Assembly (NCBI GenBank): GCA_002633005.1
Contig: NMRA01000065.1
Coordinates: 1,140,555 to 1,204,554, forward strand
Direction of reading: 5' to 3'
Length of the DNA: 64,000 bases
Origin: Phoronis australis
Lineage: Eukaryota; Animalia; Phoronida
Shown: one piece after another, positions 54,241-64,000 of the stretch
How the letters are laid out: every line of letters begins with the position of its first letter
How positions within the stretch are numbered: position 1 is the stretch's first letter
Position numbers and translations under genes: made by a program
The notes under the pieces: generated by a model
Told to the model about the DNA's origin: nothing
The model's input: the letters and a program-made list of their open reading frames with translations, nothing else
Database searches by the model: none

Positions 54241-55804
54241 AGAGGCACTGCGCCTGCCACATGTTCTCAATATGGTTCCCACAGCTTCTGATCACAGTAA
54301 TGTTTTACTGTCTGGACTATCATTTTTGTATTCAGACTATCAGTGTTTACAATTCTGGCTCTTTATTTTAAGTCCCAATTGTACGATTATTCCAAACAAT
54401 GTCAGTCAGTTTTGGTATGACATGATCATATACAAATAGTATGCAACAGAAATGCAGCGCAAACCCTATTTTGGATTTTGGTGATCCTGTGTCAGACTTA
54501 GAAGCAATGTGGATAATCGCATCTCCCATTCATTTCATTCAAAATCATTTTAAATCTTCAGGTTTGTACACTTCAAAAATCCATAGAAGTCTAATGCTCA
54601 ATCTCTTATTGCCTAATTTATGAGCAGTGCTAGAACTGAAATGACACTTGTTCTCCAGATTAGGTATGTGTCAACAAGGAACCAAATGGCCACTTGACCA
54701 ACATAGAGCTAAGTAAGGATAAATAAAGTAGAGGGCTGCTTTCAAATGACCGAATGGCCAACTGAAATGCAATCTAATATGAAACCAGCTTGATCCAGCA
54801 CTGCTCTGTACTTAAATTTTTTTATAGGGTGTGTTTGACAGAATATGCAGCCACGTGATCAATGTGAGTGTCAGAGCTGGGAAAACATTATGTGCTACAT
54901 CTCATTTCCCAACCAGCAATTATTAATTATAAATGCATCTTACCTGAGTTGGGATTACACTAGCAACTTACTACAGTGCCTGGACTACTGTAACCAGCTT
55001 CTTTTGTTTGAGGACTGGCGAACTGAGATGGGCATCAGTGTAAACAGCTGCCTATTCATGGCAACATTCTTCTCGCCCATTTTAGACACTGTGGACTATA
55101 AAAACTAAAACTGCAAAAATTTATAACCTGAAGAATAGAAAAATAAGGCTTATTACAACTGCTGTTCCTTTGTTGATATGCCCCCATGTTGCAATGAGTC
55201 AGAGGTCATGGCCACATGCATTTTGAGCATGGTTGTTAAAAACTAGGGAAGGATAATAAAACATTTTCTTATAAACCATGACCATAAAGCTGTGTTTATT
55301 TAAACAGGGGTCAAATAAATGGCAGTTACCTTGGTAATCACAATAAACACCAAGAATCAATTTCAAAACATTGCAAACCTGAAACCCCCATGAGAGGCCT
55401 ACTACACATTTGGTGTCCATACATGAGGTGATAACATGAATGTTAGTGCGTTGTCCTGAACAATCAGGCCAAACACAATGACTCCAGATTCGTACTACAT
55501 GAAAAGATCTAACCTGTTGTTGAGCATTGCCAGTAAAAAAATAACCACCTAGCATTGGAAGATGCTGTCAGATATGTTAATAGTATGAAGAATTATTAAA
55601 GAACGGCTTTCAAATAAAAAAATCTACAACCAATTAGTATTTTTATTATATTGATGTGAGGACCTCTATGGAATGCAGTGAGAACTGATGGGGCTATCCT
55701 CACTGTAATAAATAAGTTCAGCATGCACTAAAACAAGTCATATGACACCTGGCCTTAAATGATGTTGTTCATGTTGGATTTATGTATGAAAATGACCCTG
55801 TATA

Positions 55805-56297
55805 CAGGGCTTGGAATGACCAATGACAAAAAACCCGGAAACTTTGAAACTTTTACGGCCCAAATCATGCCCGATAACCAGCCTTGAAATGGTCAATGTG
55901 AACCTTTCCCCGACAAAAATCGGAAGGACTAAAAAAAAAAAAAAAATGTTACCACCATCAGTAGCATGCGTCTGCGTCCTTTTAGCTCGCCCGTCCACTC
56001 CCAACCCACACATTTTTGGCTGCAGAGCGGTAGTATTTGTCGCCGCGCTTAACAATAACACGAGACGCCATTGAAAATCCCACCACGCTGTCCCAGATGC
56101 CCCGGCAATGTTGACAATTTACGTTCCTCCGAAACATAAAGAGCAACTTCCGCTTTTCGAGGTGAACGTCGTCTGCAACGCCGCGGTAAGAAAGGAATTT
56201 GCCGCGGAAATTTTATATCAAATCCGATTTTTTTACGCGGAATTATTATAAAAAAAGCGGAAAGCACATTTGAAAAAAGCGGAAATTCCAAGCCCTG
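55805..56297. mobile_element. MITE with CAGGG termini (hAT-like)
   Basis: Perfect 13-bp TIR CAGGGCTTGGAAT / ATTCCAAGCCCTG, flanked on both sides by TGTATA. Confidence 0.8.
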
Positions 56298-57295
56298 TGT
56301 ATATCAGATTTCTCTCTCGTGAGCATCCTACTATAGGACTGATTGTCTCTGATGACAGTACATGGATTTACAACTGTTCCAAAAAATTGAACGACATTTT
56401 GCAGAGCACTTAGCCCCTTAAGACCCAAAAGGTATAGGTAAAAAATCAATGTTCAATGCTATAGTCTGCATGGTTTATGCTCACAAAAAATATTTCTAGC
56501 GCCATTAAATTCAGATTTAATGGAAGGAAATTTGTGGCACAAGCTGGCATTATTTTATGTAGTAATTAATGCGCACGGTAAGGTCACACTTAAATTGATG
56601 GGAATGATACCAAATGTAGTTGGTCATGTGAATGATATATTGAGAGTATTATGTAGTAGTCAAAACTGTATAACCTAATAAAGTATAGGAATGTATCCAT
56701 ACTGAAGTGTAGGTTCAATGTGTAACTCCTTACATGAAAATAGTGCGATAATCCAAATGCAATGTTTTCAAAATGCACGTCTCTGTAGTTATTCAACAAT
56801 TGAAAAATGTGTTCATGGGCTATAAATAGATATTTAGAAAGACCTTAAAGAAATTATATGACAAAAATATGCAACAACATCAAAAATACATCAACCACCA
56901 CAGCGCATAAGAAGTGTCGCCAAAATGTATACAATTAAAACAAGTAATAACCATACTCATAAAACAATACATATGTATTGCTATCATAGCTGTTACACCT
57001 CCCCATACACACACTTAATGAATGGTTCTCAATGTTGCTCCATGCCAGAAACATACGATCATTTGCATTGTTTCTGAACTGACAAAAACACCATAGCTAC
57101 AAATGGCCATATAAAACATAAAACATGACGTATCACTTGAGGACAAACCTTAACATGCATTGTTTCCTAGGATTCCACAGTATCTCAAACCCATTACAGA
57201 AAAAAAACATGATAAAACGAATGCACGACATTGGACTCTTTTTTTGCTGTCCAATATCACCGAGGATGGTTGATATCCCAGACACGAACGGTAGG

Positions 57296-57350
57296 ATGGA
57301 TATACTGAAGGTACTTCTCATTGTGTTCTTCATCAACAAGGCCAAACAAG
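57296..57350 (+). CDS. Probable signal-peptide exon of a seventh gene; remaining exons not seen in this window
   Basis: ATG exon MDILKVLLIVFFINKAKQ (in-frame ATG also at 57266) ends in a strong phase-1 donor AAG|GTAAGT. Size, phase, strand and spacing from the previous stop codon match the other first exons. Confidence 0.55.
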
Positions 57351-59369
57351 GTAAGTCAAATTGAAAAATACTGCAATTTTGAGAAAATGCTATCAAGTGA
57401 GCAACAAAACATTTTCTTGCTTAGCCTTTACATAATTCCCACATTTCCCAAGATCCATCATGTTTACCACAATATTCTTGAGGAGCTGTAAGAAAAACAC
57501 GAGTATAGCTAATTATTCACGTGTAATCCGAGTCAAGAATCATGGAACATCAATTCTCAATNGCTTGATCCCAGACCGCCCCGAGATGCTCCAGCAGCCA
57601 ACTCGGGGCGGTCTCTCACGAGGGTTTAGCGTTATGTCTCTAGACTTCTGGTCTAGTGCTCTTCCTACTGAGCTACTGAGAACTGCGACCCGGTATCTTT
57701 GCAGTTACTGTTTGCAGACATTCCAGGAGCGGCATTTCGAAATTTGAACAATTATGTAATCAGCGCCCATGAAAAGAATCCGTCAGTTCGCTGACACCCT
57801 CACCGGTCGAGATTGTACTACTCTCGACCGGTTTGCATACCTCTGTCGCATTGATCAAAGACATTGTGGTTTTGGGGTTAATTACATCGCCTCAGGCTGC
57901 TGATGTTATTGTTCTCCAGATAATCAGACCCATCATAAACACTCTGATTGCGACAACAATTCTTAAATTAGCACTATGTTTGAATAGTTCGTGAAAAGCC
58001 AGTACGTCACGTGATTAGGTTTTTGAATTTTGAAAGTGGGAAACTGAGAAATGCGACTTTTACAACCTAACGTTTGAAAAATGTTGCCATCTTATTTTTC
58101 TCATTAATTATGCTGAGTGTGCAACATAATTGGGCCAATTAACGGGTGAATTCTTGACTTGCCAAATCTACGGAAAACTCTCCACTGACGATCGAAGGCT
58201 CATTCGCGCGTAACTGCGCAAGTAATTTGATTGAACAACCAAAGGAGACAAACCGAGGTATGCCCTAGAATTTGAACATTCAGAAGCCAACGCTCGTATC
58301 ATTAGCGTTTTTATCTCCGAGTCGACTCCTTCACGGTACTTTGTGGCTAACCGCAGTTTCGAGGGAAAACTCCCGCGTGGGCTGTAAAATCTAAATGTTG
58401 ACTTTTTGATTTTGACCCTATCCAGCCAATACTCCCCCCCCCACTCACATGAATCCACCATACGTCAATTTTCTTCAGTTTGTTATCTGTGCAACTAAAG
58501 CGTGTAGGGAAATCCTCTGAGAGTGAGGTAGCAAACAGAAAATGTCAACTCCCCAAAAACTGGGACAGTTTTAGTGGACCAATTCTAACACGTAACTGAT
58601 TATAACTTTTTGTGATCAAGTATTCGAGTCTGGCATTTTCTTGTAAATGTGTAGGTGCGTTTAACTCAATGCTTGTCTGCGAAAAAATGGATGAATTTAG
58701 CTCTGACCAGCAATTCGTAAACTAGGTCATCCGCCAGGTTCTCTGCGTAAACTAGGTCATCGCTTATGGACCAGTTAGCGCTTCACCTCTCCGCGTGTCT
58801 ACTGGAGAGAAGCACCAGGAAGGTTGTTCTACATTTTGTAGCCCAAAATTACCAAAGTTCAAATATATTCCGTTAAAAAGGAAAGACAAAATATATCGTT
58901 AAAGATGTCTGGCCAATATCATGAGTCACCACTCGTAAGCAAATCAAAGCTGTCCTTACTCGTTGTCTTATCTCGCACTACCTCAATCGACTAGTTTTCT
59001 GAGTTCGCAATGCAACGATACAATTCTCATGAATTCAACTTGTAATGACCCCTTTCAATTTTAAACCATGCCCGAAGTACTCGGAAAAAATTATTGTTAG
59101 GTACAACGAGATTTTTTTCTCTGAAGTGGATCGTAAACACCTCAGGTGAGTCAGTAGTCCGCACATAGATACTTTGGTTTAGAGCTGAATTTTAGCTCCC
59201 ATACTCATGGGCCGGGCCGGTCAAGGGCCAATCCCTGTTGTACGCACTACTTAGAACATTGGAATCAAACAGTTATATAGTAGAGAAAACGTTTATTAGT
59301 ATACTGGTGTGAATATTATCAGTGATTTAACCAAAAACTTCGAATTAACTAGACCCACTAATGATAGTC

Positions 59370-60234
59370 TATCGGTCAGCCGGTTCAGAACTGCAAAAGG
59401 GGATTATTATCTCTTATCTGATTTTGTATATCTTACCCTGCATTGACTTTCATAATAAAGGGCTATTGTGGAGATGTTTAAATTGTAGACTGTGTAACAA
59501 TAGGCATTCCTCTGCCTGTTACTAAAGACCAAGCTACACCACAAGGGAAAGCACTACTTTCAGCCTTTAGCTGGCCAAGCTTAGATATATATGTCCATTT
59601 CAGTTGGCAGTGTTTTCGAAGAACTTCGGCCCAAGTATAAATAATACACTTCATTTCCCTCTGATAGCATGAAGCGCGCTTATCCCGAGTAAGAGATGAT
59701 GGCTGTTGGCACTATGAGTTTAAACATTTGAAATATTCGTTGTAAAAGGATGTTAAATTACGAATACCATAATCATAGCTAGGGCCAAAACAGAACAGTA
59801 TTTTTAAAGTCATAAGTTTTTTACTATTCAAAGGCCACCTATTCTGATAGTGTTTTTGAATTCCAAGTTCGTACGCCACATGATGCATCGTCTGAGCAGA
59901 GTCTCAAAACTCCCGAGAAATAAGTAACTGGTGTCAAATTCACGCTACTCTTGATTTAAAATACGTAGGACCTTTGTGCACTGAGATAGTACAATTCTCT
60001 GATCNTACGTAGGACCTTTGTGCACTGAGATAGTACAATTCTCTGATCCCATTAGAAGACTAATCAATCGCGAGCATGCGCCGCGCGGCCAGCCTTGAAA
60101 ATGGGGGGCTCGAATTTCTGTCCATGTGGACAAGAAAATCGAGAGGACTAAAAAAACGGGGTACCACCTTTCAGAACTGTGCGTATGCATCTTTTTTAGT
60201 GGACATCTGTCTCCTTTTCTCGGACTTTTCGTTT
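59370..60234 (+). repeat. Dispersed ~860-bp repeat, copy 2
   Basis: Collinear near-identity with 49593-50410. Confidence 0.85.
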
Positions 60235-61414
60235 CTCTGAGATGGACCATTTTGCCCACTTCGCCAAATGGGGACGGGAGCTCACTCCGAGCCCCCGAAT
60301 CCCCCTGAGTGCGCGCATGGCGAGTACCGGCGTAGGCAAAACAGTACATTCGACTTTACTTGGTAACATTTACAGAAAAAAGTATTTTGCTTCTCCAAAC
60401 GAGAAACTGGAATATCTTTAAATGATTAAAAATGAGGTATTCAAAGAGATGGAGTTGAGAAATAATCAATACAATCAGTTTCCTCATCTCAGCTTCGAAT
60501 GAAGTATACATGTACAGGCAAACATTCTTTTTTATCATATTCGTATTTGGATGAATTCTCAACTCTTGTAACTGTTTTTCTATAAATAATCTCGTAGAAA
60601 ACAAAAATGACTTTAAATCTTACATGTACTGTGACTCAAAACCTGACAAATCTAAAACAGTTTTAATACATGTTATGCAAAAATGGACCTAGCATATGAG
60701 CAATATATATAACAGAATGAAAGAGAGCAATGACACCGTACGCAAACAATNNNNNNNNNNNNNNNNNNNNNNNNNNNNNNNNNNNNNNNNNNNNNNNNNN
60801 NNNNNNNNNNNNNNNNNNNNNNNNNNNNNNNNNNNNNNNNNNNNNNNNNNNNNNNNNNNNNNNNNNNNNNNNNNNNNNNNNNNNNNNNNNNNNNNNNNNN
60901 NNNNNNNNNNNNNNNNNNNNNNNNNNNNNNNNNNNNNNNNNNNNNNNNNNNNNNNNNNNNNNNNNNNNNNNNNNNNNNNNNNNNNNNNNNNNNNNNNNNN
61001 NNNNNNNNNNNNNNNNNNNNNNNNNNNNNNNNNNNNNNNNNNNNNNNNNNNNNNNNNNNNNNNNNNNNNNNNNNNNNNNNNNNNNNNNNNNNNNNNNNNN
61101 NNNNNNNNNNNNNNNNNNNNNNNNNNNNNNNATACAACAGCAAATGCCAACACTAACAATGTTGGCTACATGGTAGTAATCGTGTGATTGAGGATGCTAT
61201 TGCTAGAGACATTTGATCATTCCCACACAATGTATGACTAGTGTGTGTGACAAAATAGAACTTCTGGGTATCTCCAATGCTATGGAGTTGGTAAACTACT
61301 AAATCAGACATACACCTAAAATAGTAAACAATGACTATTATATAGGGGCTTGCAAAAATAATTATAATCATATATAATAGACAGTCAGCAACAAAAAATA
61401 ATATCAGAAATGAC

Positions 61415-62205
61415 TGTGGCAGAAAACTGAAAATGACTTGCCGTTGGATCTAAACAAGTTTTTTCACTCAATACATGCCATTTTTAGCTATTAAGTGTTT
61501 TACGTTGGTATCAAACAATGAAACAATCCTTGTTAATGTAATATAGCATCTTCAAAAATACACAACAAAATGGCAACGTTCAATGGAAACGAGGCAATGT
61601 AAAAAGCAAGCACCATCCATACATATATACATCAGCAAGCACCAACACAAATTGTGTCACACAAGTGATCAATTACAATGGCCACATGGTTTCAATCATA
61701 TGATTGAGACATCCGCAATGTTTTCAAAAAATATGCAACTAGTGTGTGTAAAAATGAAACACCTTGGTAGCACCAAAATGGAGTTGGTAATAAAAAAACT
61801 TTGAATGAAAAATTATACGAAGTGCTTGGTCGGATACGCACCAACAAAATAGTAACCCGTACATATCTATCACACACGGTTTTTCAAAAATGGTTTTGGT
61901 TATGTGTATAACACTCAGTGAGCAAGAACAATACAATATTTTAGATCATGGCAGTAAAACTGAAAAGGACTTGCCGTTAGATCGAAACAAGTTTTTTCAC
62001 TTAACACATACCATTACTTGCTACTAAGAGTTTTGCGTTGGTATCAAACAATGAAATAATCCTTATTAATGCAATATAACATCTTCAAAAATACACAACA
62101 AAATACACAACTAGTGTGTGTAAAAATGGAACACCTTGGGTATCAGCAATGTCATGGAGTTTGTAGAATTTTTTATTCAAAATTTTTTATTGCCAAGCAC
62201 CAACC
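61415..62205. repeat. Diverged tandem duplication (period about 530 bp) between two gaps
   Basis: TGGCAG.AAAACTGAAAA.GACTTGCCGTT.GATC.AAACAAG occurs at about 61417 and 61949 with collinear downstream sequence. Confidence 0.7.
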
Positions 62206-64000
62206 NNNNNNNNNNNNNNNNNNNNNNNNNNNNNNNNNNNNNNNNNNNNNNNNNNNNNNNNNNNNNNNNNNNNNNNNNNNNNNNNNNNNNNNNNNNNNNN
62301 NNNNNNNNNNNNNNNNNNNNNNNNNNNNNNNNNNNNNNNNNNNNNNNNNNNNNNNNNNNNNNNNNNNNNNNNNNNNNNNNNNNNNNNNNNNNNNNNNNNN
62401 NNNNNNNNNNNNNNNNNNNNNNNNNNNNNNNNNNNNNNNNNNNNNNNNNNNNNNNNNNNNNNNNNNNNNNNNNNNNNNNNNNNNNNNNNNNNNNNNNNNN
62501 NNNNNNNNNNNNNNNNNNNNNNNNNNNNNNNNNNNNNNNNNNNNNNNNNNNNNNNNNNNNNNNNNNCGTTACTGTCCAGCTTAATTGCCACTTCCTCTAG
62601 AAAGCGGTCCACCAGCCACACAGTGCCACTTTGGTTGTCGTCAAAGTGGATCACATCATCTCTAATCAGTTGCTTTAATAAGTGTCTCTGACCTGAAATT
62701 AAGGCATTTAAGTAAAATTTTATGTCCAAAGTCTAAAGAAATACAAGATGCAGTATATAGAAGATATCAAAAAGTGCCTCCCAATTGGCACAAGTTTTAA
62801 CTTTAAAAGGACACTACCCCTCCTTCAGTATTAACAGACACAAGAACTTATCTAAACCACCATAACATGTAAGAAGTATTGAAAAATAACCATGTCATGT
62901 AATCTTTACGCATCAATGCTGGAACGTCAATGCAAAAACACAAAATTTCTTCAAATGGGTGGTATGAAATGGCTTATACGGCATTGCTTATGGGTGTCAC
63001 CGATTTGGACTCGGCATTAATCAGCACACAGAACAGTAAACAAGAGGCAAAAAATAAATAATATACTTCATAATGATAACTATTTTGAATACATGAATTC
63101 TAAAAACAAGGAGTGTGACCAAAGCGCAAAAAAATAATCAAATGTTTTAATGAAACTCTTGGTTTACAAATTGGCTGATTTATAAACTAAAGACCCTTTC
63201 ATATTGACTTAACTCCGGTCTGAGCGGAGTGTCGACGTAACCAGCGCAGTTAACTGGACCGTTCATACTGGCTTTGGTAGTTAATGAACATCAAAGTAAG
63301 CGGTTGTGTGCCGCTGTCGTCATCGACGTTATCGCAAGGTAGCATTGCACACTAAGATTTTCTTCAATGTTTCAATTTGGAAATATCTACATGTGCAAAC
63401 CATTTCTGCCTCCCGTTCAATAATTAAAGCAAGGACCCCGCTAAAAAGCAAGACTTCGCGAGATTACGCGGTATGTTGCCGTGTATGTTAAATGAAAACA
63501 CGTGACTTTAGCTAGGTCCTACCATAGGTCCTAGCGTTACTGAACGCACCCCTGGTCCAAGGAGGGCAGAACAGCAGGCATATTTTCAAGGCCCAGTGAC
63601 ATATATTATGTTGTGAATATTAAAAAACATTCAAATAAAACATTCACTATTTTGTCACAGAGTACCAGTTGGGGATCATGCCACTGCTGCTTAACAGTTC
63701 CAGCAAGAAACAGTTCACGCATAGGCCTACACTATCTTGAGCTTAAGCAGACAGACTGCAAGTTGAAAGCCATGTTGTGTGACATGTGTTAAATACACAC
63801 TACAAAATCCCGGGAAAATAGCAGAGCTTCAAATTCAAATATTCGACCGATCTGCCATACACCGTGAAAGATGAGCTACTGATCGCTGCAAAAAAACAGA
63901 ATATAGTGTTCTTAGAAATACAGTAAATGTACGTCATTTTTAACAAACTTACCCCTTGAAAGCGTCGAGTTTGCCAGAGTCCGATAGGGCACTGCTCGCT

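Noticed and set aside
59960-60050. About 43-bp direct duplication around a single N
   Set aside because: Absent from the sister copy near 50185-50230; likely a contig-join artefact.
60673-62729. Long ORFs made of X residues (also 22309-22719)
   Set aside because: Artefacts of N gaps.

Overview
This is eukaryotic DNA: AT-rich, with GT-AG introns and assembly gaps, probably from an invertebrate animal (inference). The ORF track only shows exon fragments. Splicing by hand reveals a head-to-tail (+ strand) tandem array of paralogous single-pass type I membrane receptor genes: five complete copies, one cut by the left window edge, and a probable first exon of a seventh. Each gene follows the same exon plan with intron phases 1-1-1-1-2: signal peptide | divergent SUEL/rhamnose-binding-lectin-like 8-Cys domain | CUB-like domain | Ser/Thr/Pro mucin stalk | transmembrane helix | long non-catalytic tail rich in tyrosine motifs (ITAM-, ITIM-, YxxP-, YxxM-, YxN- and NPxY-like, plus a shared PxYxEL motif). 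Most paralogs are very divergent. Genes 5 and 6, however, have near-identical ectodomain exons joined to unrelated tails, which resembles paired immune or recognition receptors. Introns and spacers hold two L1/Tx1-like LINE fragments, a decayed piggyBac, a Helentron-type non-autonomous element, several MITEs, tRNA-derived elements and minisatellites. All gene models were built by eye from splice signals and reading frame; no database search was possible.
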